64,000 bases of DNA from Candidatus Bathyarchaeota archaeon (GCA_963767735.1 CAVYES010000006.1:64001-128000), one strand, 5' to 3'. Positions 50,906-61,197 are shown, numbered from the stretch's first letter. The notes: a model not told the origin generated them from the sequence alone. Made by a program: numbers and translations.

Positions 50906-51865
50906 CTATGAGTTCTGACGATGGTTTCTTCTTTTTTTGAAGGCTATGACGGCGATTATGAAGATAATTGGTAAGCTTACAGCTACCAAGATTTCGATGT
51001 TTGAGTTTATTGGTGTTTCGGGCGCCTGTTCGGAAGGAAGCTGCATTAGCGGATGGTTATCGGGGATTTTGCCGTTAACTAAATACGGGACGTCTCCTAT
51101 GTCGCTACCATTTGTGGCGGTTCCGTTATAGTCACTCCAGTAGTTGCCATCAACGTTAATCCCCCATGGATTTGTTTCGTTTAGGGATGCTGGGCAGTGG
51201 CAACCGTTAATTTGGTTGGTATTGTTGATGAAGTAGTTATTGTCTATAGTTATGTTTGAGTACGGAGTCGCTGGACTGCCTATCCCCACAAAAAGACCAT
51301 CCGTGTTATTTTCGATGTAGTTTTTGGTGAAGCAGTTTTGTGAACCCGCAACTAAGATGCCAACTATGTTTCCCTTTACTGTGTTCCCTGAGATAGTGTT
51401 ATTTTGTGTCCAAATGTACATGCCGATGCTGAAGTTCTCGACTTTAATATTCTCGATTTTTAAGTCAACTATGTTGCTACCTGCTACGTCGATACCTATA
51501 GTCCATGGAACTTACGGTCCCATTTGCAATACCCGGAGGCCCAGAGCCTATGATCCAAAGGCTAGTCATTGTTCCATTAAATGTTCCTTGAAGGGTATGG
51601 CCATCTCCGTCCAAAGTAACACCACTTTTTTCTATCACGATTGAGGTGTAAATATTTTCGGTTAATGTGTAGGTGTCTCCTTCAATTGTATTGGCGCACC
51701 CGCTGGAATTACGTTGCCGTCTGGCTGGATAAATATCCTGTTATCTGCCGCATCGCCCTTAACGAATCCAATAGACAAAAATGATGAAAACAAAAGCAGA
51801 AGGGACGCGCAAAGTGTTAGAGCATTTCTCAAAGTTTTTCTCAAGGTTTTAACACTCTTCATCAT
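50906..51865 (-). pseudogene. NosD-like beta-helix surface protein split by frameshifts (~51680, ~51510)
   Basis: The N-terminus (IQPDGNV..APIQ) continues as YTLTENI..LDGDGHTL and then GIDVAGS..GNYWSDY..DNHPL in different frames. Confidence 0.7.
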
Positions 51866-51878
51866 TGTTTTGAATTTT

Positions 51879-53489
51879 TTATTCTAGCCAGTTGCGGGAT
51901 TCAAAGACCGTTTTTCCCGCCATGTTAACTTTTAAGCAGCTTTTTTCAGGGCACATTTCGACACATCGCAAACACATTATGCATGCTGGGTCATTCACGT
52001 TTCCGCCTTTCTCTTTATAAACTTTGGTAACTTGAGTGGGGCAGACTCTTTTGCAGATGCCGCATTTGGTGCATTTCGTTTCTGTCTTTTCGAGGCGTGT
52101 AACTGAAACGTATTTGAATGGTGGAAAAGTGCTGAAGAGGGCGATTAAACCGCCTAAAGGGCATATTCTGCACCAGGAACGTCTAAATACGAAGGCAGCC
52201 GCCGTGACTATTCCCAGGCTTAACAGGTTGAGAGATGTGACGTAGTATCCCAACTGCAGAAATTGCCCTGTTGTAGTGCTAAAGATTTGCGCTGGTCTCA
52301 TTGGCCCAAGAAGAGTTTCTATCATAACGCAAAGGGGTTTCATGGGACAAACTTGGCAGAAGGGCGAGGAAAAATACGTGTAGGTGTATCCTCCAGGTTG
52401 GGTGCCTGGAACTACCAGTGTGCCTGTGATGGCTTCTGATCCTAAAATGAAGCTTACGATTATAATTGAGGCTATGATTACGTATCTAAGTTGCCGGATT
52501 TTTTCACTGGTTTTTTCGGAGAGATCTTTGTGACGAAATCTTGAATGTTTTGCGGATCCAGCTGATAAAGTCCAAATAAAGACCGAAAGGACAAGCCCAT
52601 CCGCAGAAAATTCTTCCTAGAATAAGAGACATCAGTATCACTAGACCAAACACTATCGCAAGTCGCTCTATGCCTGGAAGGACATAGTTTACATCCCATC
52701 CGTGGCCAGAGTTCCAGAATGGGAAAATGTAAGCTTGAATTTGCCACAGAGCACAGGTGACGGTTCTTCCACAGGCGTAGTAGCAGCCGAATGTAGGGAC
52801 CGAAAGACCGTCGGGATTTGATACGCCTGCTAGATTTGTTCCAATTAGGTAGTCGTGTTCTGTCATGGATGCGAATGGGAACCCGGGCAATCCATTAACC
52901 CCAATAAAGACACCTAAGAATAGGAAGAAAACGAGGGCAATTTGGACATAAACTCTGGCTGACGTTACTTTTCTTTTTTTGTCTCGAACAATCTTGGCAA
53001 CTGCTAGTGCGCCTCCTATTATTATGAATAAGCCTAACCCTATCACGAGAAGGCTGGGTGTTGGTGTAATAAGCGGGCTCCAAATCGGAATAGGAGGAGG
53101 CGTAGAGTTTGGGGGAGAAAGCACGTTCTACAGAGAGCCTAGTAATCTATGGCGTCGTGTATTGTATATATGCTCCAGAAACCGTATTCATTAAGCGTCA
53201 ACGTAACGTTAAATTGGCCTGTAGCGTTGACTGTAGTATAACAATTTACCCAGCTTGAGTCAGGTCTGACAAAAGTTACTAGTACAGAAGCGTTTTGTTG
53301 GAATGGATATATTAGCCCTGTGACGGTCACAGATTGGTTTATGTTGATTTGAGTTGGGCTTACGTTTGCAATTACGGATGGACCAGAGCAAGCGTTTGCA
53401 GGTTCACCAACGTTAGAAGTTATTAGCAAGACCATTACTACTAAAACAGCCAAAGCTGTTACCGAAATATAACCCGGTATCTTAACCAT
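51879..53489 (-). pseudogene. Ig-like plus NapH/MauN-like membrane polyferredoxin, split by frameshifts (~53135, ~52537)
   Basis: GRIFCGWACPFG, FCQVCP, WCRICPLG and two CxxCxxCxxxCP motifs are spread over ORFs 53139-53489, 52504-53124 and 51879-52343. Fusion of the first ORF is inferred. Confidence 0.7.
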
Positions 53490-53608
53490 AGTAAATCGCT
53501 TTGAGTTTCAGTATTTCATCAAGGTGGACTGTTTTCATCAGGTCGTAATATTATTATTTGAAATTGCTTAAAAGTTTATGGAAGTTCGCTTCAGAAACAA
53601 AAATGTTT

Positions 53609-54940
53609 TCAGGCCTCTGCCAAAGCACTCTTTGCTCCATTTATCATTTTAGCTTTGAATCTCTTTTGAAACATCAAGAAAACCACTGTTGCAACGACAG
53701 CGACCGTAACTATCACCCCGATGATAACGGGCAAAGTGTTAGAGGACGTAGGTGAAGCGTTCAAGGCGTAAACGCCCAAAGCATAAACAGTTTTTCCGCC
53801 GCCTACGTAGAGGACTCCGTTGGCAACAGCGGGAGAAGACAAAACCATGCCGCCTGTAGTATAATTCCAAAGTTTGACGCCGCTTGAAGCATTCAAGGCA
53901 TAAACATTGCCATTATAGGAGCCAACATAAACTACACCCTTTACAACGGCAGGGGAAGATGTAGGAAATGGATAAATGTGAACTGCCTCGTTGACGGCGT
54001 AATTCCAGAGTTTGGCACCGTTTGTGGAGTTCAAAGCATAAAGGTTACCGTCCTGCGAACCTATGTATACTATGCCGTTAACAACAGCGGGAGACGAAGC
54101 AACGTAGCTGCCTGTGGTATAATTCCACATTTCGACGCCGCTTGCAGCGTTCAAAGCATAAACATTGCCGTCCCAAGAGCCGACATAGACAACGCCGCCG
54201 ATGATTGCAGGAGACGAATCAACATAGAGACCAGTGGTGTAATTCCAGATTTTGGCGCCGGTAGCAGCATTCAAAGCGTAAACGTTTTTGTCATCGGCGC
54301 CGAAATAGACTATGCCGTTCACTACAGCTGGGGATGATTCAACCAATACATTGTCGTCGTTGTCGATGATGTAATGCCAGATTTGGGCGCCACTTGTAGC
54401 GTTCAAAGCATAAACGCCGCCTTCATCAGCGCCTATGTAGACTACATCGCCTACAACTGTAGGAGATGACTCAACATCTGCGCCTGTTCCATTTAAAAGG
54501 GTGAAATCCCAGAGTTTGGCGCTATTAGTAGCCTTCAAAGCATACACATTATCCCATGAGCCTATGTAGACTACTCCGCCGACGACAGCGGGAGACGAAA
54601 TTCCACCATCGATAGTGTAGTTCCAGAGTTGGGTGCCAGTTATAGCGTTCAAAGCATAAATGTTCTTATCATTTGAATCGACGTAGACGACGCCGTTGAC
54701 AACGGCGGAAGACGAGTCAACCAAGAGGCCGTTAGTGAAAGTGTAATTCCAAAGTAACGTGGGGATAAGCACTGAATTACCTGTTCCTGTGCCACTGTGC
54801 GAAGGGTTCGCACGAAACATTGACCAGCCAGGGGAAGCCTGCTGAGCAGCCGCTTTTGCCGCGAATGTGGAGAAGAACTGTAAGCACAAAATGAAAATAA
54901 CCGCAACTGCTAATGTTCCTCTCAGTTTCTGTGCCCCCAA
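53609..54940 (-). CDS. PQQ-like beta-propeller repeat protein with C-terminal TM
   Basis: WSMFRANPSHSG, about 8 SSPAVVNG..YALNA repeats and a TM anchor. Confidence 0.9.
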   Translation of the reverse strand: MGAQKLRGTLAVAVIFILCLQFFSTFAAKAAAQQASPGWSMFRANPSHSGTGTGNSVLIPTLLWNYTFTNGLLVDSSSAVVNGVVYVDSNDKNIYALNAITGTQLWNYTIDGGISSPAVVGGVVYIGSWDNVYALKATNSAKLWDFTLLNGTGADVESSPTVVGDVVYIGADEGGVYALNATSGAQIWHYIIDNDDNVLVESSPAVVNGIVYFGADDKNVYALNAATGAKIWNYTTGLYVDSSPAIIGGVVYVGSWDGNVYALNAASGVEMWNYTTGSYVASSPAVVNGIVYIGSQDGNLYALNSTNGAKLWNYAVNEAVHIYPFPTSSPAVVKGVVYVGSYNGNVYALNASSGVKLWNYTTGGMVLSSPAVANGVLYVGGGKTVYALGVYALNASPTSSNTLPVIIGVIVTVAVVATVVFLMFQKRFKAKMINGAKSALAEA

Positions 54941-55105
54941 ATGAAGTAAACGTCTGCGTGTGGAAATAAAACTTGTGCAGCTTTTCCTCGTTACAATTGC
55001 AAAAAATTATATAGCCGTATCGAATTAACGCTGGGTAAGCATGAACTTACTCTGTAATGAGCAAGAAAAGCATCATACGTAATGGATCAAGGAGAAGGAA
55101 CAAAT

Positions 55106-55606
55106 ATGAATAAAAAGATGGCAGGGTTAATTGTAATCGTTGCTGTTGTCATTGTCTGTGTTTTGGTGGGTGCTCTTGTTGTAGCGCCTTTATTTACTTC
55201 GGCTCAGCAAACACCGAAGCGTCTTGATTTTACAGTCACTGGAACAAATAGTTGCCTGCGGTTTTTGGATGCTAATGTATCGCTTTGCTATGTACCTTTT
55301 ACGGTGGGCGCAAATCAGAACTGGCAATTGACGATAAATTGCACCCAAATGCCTGGTGGTGCCAGCGGTTGGACTGACTTATACATTTACAATGGCTACT
55401 GGGATAATGGGACCAACTATAAGTGCACTGCGGAAGATGTTTACCCAATTCTGGCCAACATACAGAGCACTAATTGGGAAATACAAGGGAACACCGCTTT
55501 CACAGAAACCTTTAACGGAACCACAACTTCACAAAGCTACACTATCTTCTTTGTTTTCCCAAATGGCGGGCAAGGAACATTCCACGTAACGTACCAGCAA
55601 ATATAA
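55106..55606 (+). CDS. Membrane-anchored secreted hypothetical protein with 4 Cys
   Basis: MNKK + TM, then a beta-rich domain. GGAG upstream. Confidence 0.7.
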   Translation: MNKKMAGLIVIVAVVIVCVLVGALVVAPLFTSAQQTPKRLDFTVTGTNSCLRFLDANVSLCYVPFTVGANQNWQLTINCTQMPGGASGWTDLYIYNGYWDNGTNYKCTAEDVYPILANIQSTNWEIQGNTAFTETFNGTTTSQSYTIFFVFPNGGQGTFHVTYQQI

Positions 55607-55953
55607 TAATCAAAAGCGCTTAGGAAAAAAGATTCTTGCACAACAAAAGAAGACAAAGAATTGCTAACGTTGGGGATTGTATTCTGCTAGGTTTTTTATA
55701 AAGTACATTTGCTTTTCTTGCAGACCCGAAACCAATAAGGCTCCATGCGCGTTAGCCTGCCCGAGCAAATCAATCAACTGCACATGGAAGCCACAATAGC
55801 TCGTTATTCCTAACTTTACAATTGTTTTTAACATTTTTGCAATAAAGCGTCGGACCGCTTCAAAAATTTTAGTCACCCGTATCAAATTGTGTAAGATTTA
55901 AATGCTGTTTCCATATTACTTGCTTTCATTAGAATATTCAATGAGAACTCTCC

Positions 55954-56652
55954 ATGTCATTGATACCTGCAGTTTCTAATCCGTTTCTCGGAGCGTTTGC
56001 CGGCGGCTTATTGTATGGATTAGCTGTTTGCACCGCAGCCTGTGTGCCTTACATCGCAAGTTACATTGCAGGTGTCGGTGCCGGTTTTCGCAAAGGCACC
56101 GTTATCACTTTAATTTTTAATTCCGGACGGATAGTAGCTTATGCGTTAATTGGATGTTTAGTTGGTTTATTTAGCGGCTTGTTCAGGTTGGCTTTGTCTG
56201 ATACCGCAATTTCGCCGTTTCAAATTTATTCTTCAATTACCTTCAGCATCGTGACTATGATTATTGGCGTTAGCGTTCTTCTAAAGTTAAGATCACCCTG
56301 CGAGTGCAACCTACCAAAGAGCAAAACCTCGGTTACTCAGGGAACAACAGGTAGGTTTGGGTTTGATTTTGGCGCTTTTTCGCTTGGTTTAAGCAGAGGA
56401 CTAATCTTATGTCCACCGTTAGTGGCGCTTTTAATTTATTCGCTGCCTTTCTCAACTCCATTGGGCAGTGTGGGGTTAGCTGTCTTGTTTGGTTTAGGAA
56501 CCGCATTGTCCCCGATGTTGCTGCTTGGAGGAGCTACCGGTTGGCTTCTTAACAAGGCACCCCTATTGCGGAAATGGATTTCAATTGGGGGCGCGGGGAT
56601 TCTAATAGTGCTTGGAATTGCCGAATTAATTAATGCAATAATCAAACTATAA
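55954..56652 (+). CDS. DsbD_2/CcdA-like (TauE-like) membrane protein
   Basis: CxxxC in TM1, FNSGRIVAY, GLILCPP, FGLGT. Confidence 0.8.
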   Translation: MSLIPAVSNPFLGAFAGGLLYGLAVCTAACVPYIASYIAGVGAGFRKGTVITLIFNSGRIVAYALIGCLVGLFSGLFRLALSDTAISPFQIYSSITFSIVTMIIGVSVLLKLRSPCECNLPKSKTSVTQGTTGRFGFDFGAFSLGLSRGLILCPPLVALLIYSLPFSTPLGSVGLAVLFGLGTALSPMLLLGGATGWLLNKAPLLRKWISIGGAGILIVLGIAELINAIIKL

Positions 56653-56762
56653 TAATCAGATGACGAGAAAGAAATGGCTTGGAATCAAGCAGGGTGCAGC
56701 GCGTTGGCTTGTCCCGAATAGTTATAGCGCGAATGGCTCTTAGAAGAAGATGAAAAACTTTT

Positions 56763-56860
56763 TTGCTCAAGTTGCCTTATGAAGGAAGCATCAGAGATAG
56801 ACCAGATTTTTTAGCCATAAGAGACCCGCATGAGAGAATCTTTGGATTGCCAGCTTTGCA
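56763..56860 (+). pseudogene. Remnant paralogous to 41615-42160
   Basis: IRDRPDFLAIRDP versus ITRRPEYLAVRDP. Confidence 0.5.
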
Positions 56861-57082
56861 CTCTAGACGAAAAAGCGGATCTCTAGCTGAAGGCGTTCAG
56901 TTTACAAACGTAAAATTTGTTTCGATTAGCACCTACCTAAACGAACATCTTCATTTCTCTATCGGATGAGCTCCTGACACTGAAGAATTTCGCTCTGCTC
57001 TTAAGGGCTAGCGCGCTAACAACAGCAGGATACGAACCAACCTGTCCAGATTTAAGAATTATTATCCGATAGTTTTCTAACA

Positions 57083-57325
57083 TTATTTGCGCCCGCGCGC
57101 GAATATTGCTACTAAACCAAAGAAAAAAACTATCCATGCAATAATTATTAAATAATATAGGGTGATTTGTAATGCTGTATAAGGTGTATAAGAAGCCATT
57201 GTTTTGTTTGTCATATTCCACCAGTATCCACCAACAAAATATGTAAACAAAACAAATAGAACAACTAATATTATTTTGCCTATACTAGCTATTCCCGTTT
57301 CTATTTCACTACCTTTCGTCATCAA
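57083..57325 (-). CDS. Small 2-TM hypothetical protein
   Basis: Two hydrophobic helices and a basic C-terminus. Confidence 0.55.
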   Translation of the reverse strand: MMTKGSEIETGIASIGKIILVVLFVLFTYFVGGYWWNMTNKTMASYTPYTALQITLYYLIIIAWIVFFFGLVAIFARGRK

Positions 57326-57413
57326 ATTTGTGTTCTATTTAGTGTGCGCGCTAAAAATAAATATTCCCATGTAGCGCGCCTTCGGCGCTAAAGAACTATT
57401 AAAGACCTTTTGC

Positions 57414-57572
57414 TTATGGTTCTAACAAGCTTTTGCTTTTCTTGCCTCTTATTATTAATACAAGCCCAACTGCAACGATTGCCACGATAGCTACGGCAAT
57501 CCCTACTCCATAGATTGCTTCTTGAAGCAAACTTGATTGCGGCGTATGGCTCGGAGAAGGGGAGAGTGTAGA
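57414..57572 (-). pseudogene. Orphan C-terminal linker plus membrane anchor with no start codon
   Basis: Reads TLSPSPSHTPQSSLLQEAIYGVGIAVAIVAIVAVGLVLIIRGKKSKSLLEP*. No upstream ATG before an in-frame TGA. Confidence 0.65.
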
Positions 57573-57650
57573 GCGCGGCGCGCTAGATGGATGCTTGATT
57601 TTCGGAAAAGTATTATAGAGTGAAAAATAACCTCGTAATTTGAGTCACTT

Positions 57651-58367
57651 ATGCTTAAAACGGTTGTTGCAATCATATTTGTTGCGTTGATATCTGCTTC
57701 GACAACTTTACCGTTAGGTCAGCTAACTGTGGGTCAGCCTTCCGTGGGGGTAAAGCCAGGCTACTGGGTTGAATACACGGTTAAAACTTCAGGATCCCCT
57801 CCAGCGGCCCAGGATATTACGTGGGCTAAAATTGAGATTTTAGATGTAGAAGGCGAATGGTTTAACGCCAACTTCACTGTTAGATACGTTAATGGAACGG
57901 TTTCAAGTAACGTCGGATCATTCAACTTCACTTCTGGAAATACTGAAACTTGGATAATTATCCCTGCAAACCTGGGCCCGGGACAATCCTTCTATGATTC
58001 ATCAACCGGCAACGCAACCATTCAAGGTCAACTGCAAAAGACCGTTGCAGGAGCAACCCGAGCAGTCACATACACGAACCGCACCTTAAACGGCATTGTA
58101 CTAGATAAACAATGGGATAAAGCAACGGGCTTTTATATTCAAAGTGCTGATGACATCACAACCGCTGCACCGGTAGCTGTTAACGGCGGTTTAGCTTACA
58201 CAATCAATGCAAGAGCATATGCGACAAACATCTGGAGCCCACAAATCTTAGGCTTGAACCAAACCGTCTTCTACATCGTTATCGTAATCGTCATAGTTGC
58301 AGTAGCACTAATAGTTTCAGTGTTGGTTTTGGATCGAAGGAGAAAAAAAGTCCTGATAACTAAGTAA
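57651..58367 (+). CDS. Secreted, C-terminally anchored protein (VGVKPG.W..Y / WDKATG family)
   Basis: Signal peptide, VGVKPGYWVEY, WDKATG, TM + RRRKK. Confidence 0.8.
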   Translation: MLKTVVAIIFVALISASTTLPLGQLTVGQPSVGVKPGYWVEYTVKTSGSPPAAQDITWAKIEILDVEGEWFNANFTVRYVNGTVSSNVGSFNFTSGNTETWIIIPANLGPGQSFYDSSTGNATIQGQLQKTVAGATRAVTYTNRTLNGIVLDKQWDKATGFYIQSADDITTAAPVAVNGGLAYTINARAYATNIWSPQILGLNQTVFYIVIVIVIVAVALIVSVLVLDRRRKKVLITK

Positions 58368-58539
58368 ACGTCAGCTTAAGAAGGGGTTTAGGCTTGCTCG
58401 TCAAGAAAATGTTAATCGAAATAATTTCGCAAGAGACTGGCTTGCTGGCGGAGGCGCATCTTCCTCTGCAGTCATCAACGGCATATTATAGCGCGATGGT
58501 ATAAGAAATGTTAAACGAGCTGGGCGCTCATGCCATATT

Positions 58540-58712
58540 ATGAGCGCCTTAGTTTGTGGGTTAGATGTGCATAAGGACAGTACTTATACGACTATTTTGA
58601 ATTCTGAAGGAAAAATCGTCAACCAAACAAGAATGAGTAATGAAAAAGTGCTTCCGTATCTCTCGCATTTTGACGTAGGCAAGATCGGTATGGAATCTTC
58701 CAACCAGATCGC
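58540..58712 (+). mobile_element. IS110-family transposase N-terminal fragment
   Basis: VCGLDVHKDS...IGMESS (DEDD N-terminal motifs), after which similarity is lost. Confidence 0.7.
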
Positions 58713-58972
58713 ATCGAGCAGGCTGAGGCAGTACTGCGAAAGCACAAAACTAAAAGAAGAAGACGAGAAGGATGCAGCCAACTCTTGCAGTCTTTGTTGC
58801 CTCTTGCTTCATTTTTTCACCTTACTAAGCAACGGCAGTCATTTTGAGCCTGAAGAACTATATTATTTTTGTCATCGGTTCGTCTAACGTAGTTTTCCAC
58901 AAATAAACGATGAGAGTTTTAGGCAATGGTCGGTGTCTCCAACTAGGAATCATGTTAAGGTAATGAGGTGAT

Positions 58973-59191
58973 TTGATAAGTGAAGAAAAATTTGATACCG
59001 AATGTTTTGAGAAACTTAAAGCAGTATTCAACGAATATGAGGCGGAGCAGAAAGAGCGTTTCAAAAACTTTAGCAGAGGTCTCAGTAATAGTAGTAAGTT
59101 AAGCGCTTATCGCGTGAAGAACGGCCAGAAAGGCACCATTGCAAACGACATTAGCGGAGAAGCGCAAAGTGTGGCCATAAGCACCTTCTAG
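58973..59191 (+). CDS. Small hypothetical protein or remnant
   Basis: GAGGTGA RBS directly upstream. Confidence 0.4.
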   Translation: MISEEKFDTECFEKLKAVFNEYEAEQKERFKNFSRGLSNSSKLSAYRVKNGQKGTIANDISGEAQSVAISTF

Positions 59192-59208
59192 TGCTTTTCT
59201 TTCGTAGT

Positions 59209-60408
59209 CTACCTTGAATCATGATTAGTCCGTGTAGCTTTTTTTACGACCAATGCAACCGCACAAATGGTCACTAGCCCCAGTACTAATAATAAAATGA
59301 TCGCCGTCGTGCTGAACTCCGGAATAGTTGGGCTTGGAGACGAAGACGCGTCAGAAGCATTAGGTATAACAGATACTGTATCAGATAGAGAATTGGCTAC
59401 AAAGACCTCACCTTTGGCAGAATCGTAGGCAATGTCCGATGGAAGGTTTCCCACAGTCAAGTTGGCAACCACAGAATTGCTGCTATCTGATATAACCGAG
59501 ACTGTATTGGAATTGAAATTAGGAGCATAATTGGTTGCGAAGATTTCGTCATTACCAGAATCATAAGCTATGACATCGGGACTGGTTCCTTTCAGGGTCA
59601 GGTTTGCAACCACGGTATTGGTTTTGTCCGATATAACGGCGAGCGTTCCGTTAGGGTTGGTTGCATAGATTTCGCCTTTGTTAGGATTATAGACCATGCC
59701 AGTGGGATTAAATCCGATGGGTACGGTCGCAACTACGACATTATTGCTGTCCGATATAACGGATACCTGGCCCCCATTATTGGGGTTGTCTTCGCTAACG
59801 AATATTTCGCCTTTGCCAGAATCGTAGGCTATAGCTTCAGGGTTTGTTCCTTCGAGATTCAGATTAGCAATCACAGTATTGCTGTTGTCCGATATCACGG
59901 AGACTGTACCGTTAGATATAACGTATGGGGAGCCGTAGAGTAAGCCGACGTTGGGATTGGTTACGAATATTTCGCCTTTGGCAGAATCATAGGCTACCAT
60001 ATTTGGTGCGTCTCCAGGATTTGGTCCTCCCAGAGTCAAGTTAGCAACCACAATATTGCTGCTATCGGATATAACGAAGACGGTACCAGAGGGATTGGTA
60101 ACATAGATTTCGCCTTTAGCAGAATCATAAACTATCCATCCAAGATGAAGATTATTTCCCAAATTCAGGTTGGCAACTACTGTATTGCTACTATCCGATA
60201 TAACTGAGACAGTGTCATAACCCAAATTAGTGTTAAAAAGAGTCATATAGATCTCGCCCTTCCCCGAATCATAAGCTAAGGTGTTAGGATCACCTCCTAC
60301 AGTTATCGTGTGGATTTCGCCGACGGCGTTTACCGCATCGGCTACCGATAGAGCAAGAATTATAATGAATAGAATTGAAATAGAGAAGATTCTTGTCAGG
60401 TTCTTCAT
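59209..60408 (-). CDS. YVTN/YncE-like beta-propeller surface protein with PEF-CTERM-like anchor
   Basis: Seven AYDSAKGEIFVTN...TVSVISDSSNTVVANL repeats and IPEFS + TM. Confidence 0.9.
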   Translation of the reverse strand: MKNLTRIFSISILFIIILALSVADAVNAVGEIHTITVGGDPNTLAYDSGKGEIYMTLFNTNLGYDTVSVISDSSNTVVANLNLGNNLHLGWIVYDSAKGEIYVTNPSGTVFVISDSSNIVVANLTLGGPNPGDAPNMVAYDSAKGEIFVTNPNVGLLYGSPYVISNGTVSVISDNSNTVIANLNLEGTNPEAIAYDSGKGEIFVSEDNPNNGGQVSVISDSNNVVVATVPIGFNPTGMVYNPNKGEIYATNPNGTLAVISDKTNTVVANLTLKGTSPDVIAYDSGNDEIFATNYAPNFNSNTVSVISDSSNSVVANLTVGNLPSDIAYDSAKGEVFVANSLSDTVSVIPNASDASSSPSPTIPEFSTTAIILLLVLGLVTICAVALVVKKATRTNHDSR

Positions 60409-60567
60409 AATGATATGTGAACTTCAATTATCTTATAAGTTCCCGCAACTTTTAGGGGAAAAATTGTGTCTCTTTCAGTTTTGTCTGAGATAGCCCGTAT
60501 CGCCAGTTAGATTTTTCGCTTCTGCGTTCCCCTTTTTCTTTTTTGGGCTTTCGTTGCAGAAATCGAA

Positions 60568-60659
60568 TTCTTGATTTTGCGCTTATTGACAAACGAAGAG
60601 TAGGTACATCTAATCGTGGGAAAAGGTCATTGCTTCAACTTAGCGGTTTTTCGATGCCT
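60568..60659. repeat. Boundary element copy C (degenerate)
   Basis: Exact 20-nt match TTAGCGGTTTTTCGATGCCT to copy A (45652-45671), AGTAGGTACA shared with copy B, and TTCTTGA...TTGAC. Confidence 0.7.
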
Positions 60660-60690
60660 AATTAGTACAGAACAAATAACAAGTCAAAAG

Positions 60691-61197
60691 CTATTTGACA
60701 ATTGTTACGTTTAGTGGCACAGTTTGAAAAACACTTTTGCTGTTTGGTTCTGTAAAAATAAAGCCTACAAATTGGTATACTCCTACTGCTGCTACATCGT
60801 TGCGGTAAGCTGTTAACCAATTAAAATTTTCGGTGATGCTTCTTTCTGGCGCAAGTGTCACGGTTGAATTAAGCCCTCCTTCGTTTTCTTGTGCTATTAC
60901 AAGATTGCTTTTATTGTCATAAACGTCAAACTCGAAATATGAGTTGGAGCTGACGAAAGAGAGCTTCAAAGCTTGATGACTAACGTTGGTTAACGCCAAA
61001 GTTACGTTGATGTTTTGTCCTTGTGTATAGGTAGTTGTTTTTGCACTAAGAGTCAAAGAAAGTTGTAATCCATTGGTTACACTACTGTCTGCGGTTCTGC
61101 CACTGGTTGAATAGGTATTCATTACAAAATAGAATGCCGTTAGCGAGATAATCAGTAGCACTGCAGAGGCTAAGATTATTAATTTATTTTTGCGCAT
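60691..61197 (-). CDS. N-terminally anchored Ig-like (BsuPI-like) protein
   Basis: TM, LSLTL..YTQGQNINVTL.LTN..FEFDVYD..TLAP..W..GVY. Confidence 0.7.
   Translation of the reverse strand: MRKNKLIILASAVLLIISLTAFYFVMNTYSTSGRTADSSVTNGLQLSLTLSAKTTTYTQGQNINVTLALTNVSHQALKLSFVSSNSYFEFDVYDNKSNLVIAQENEGGLNSTVTLAPERSITENFNWLTAYRNDVAAVGVYQFVGFIFTEPNSKSVFQTVPLNVTIVK

Noticed and set aside
53124-53141. Pyrrolysine/amber read-through at TAG 53139-53141
   Set aside because: The downstream ORF (start 53124) is not in frame with the TAG, so indels explain the break better.
58400-58408. GTCAAGAAA as a fourth copy of the boundary element
   Set aside because: Only a 9-mer with no flanking similarity. The same 9-mer also occurs inside the FrhB-like gene (~10928), so chance is sufficient.
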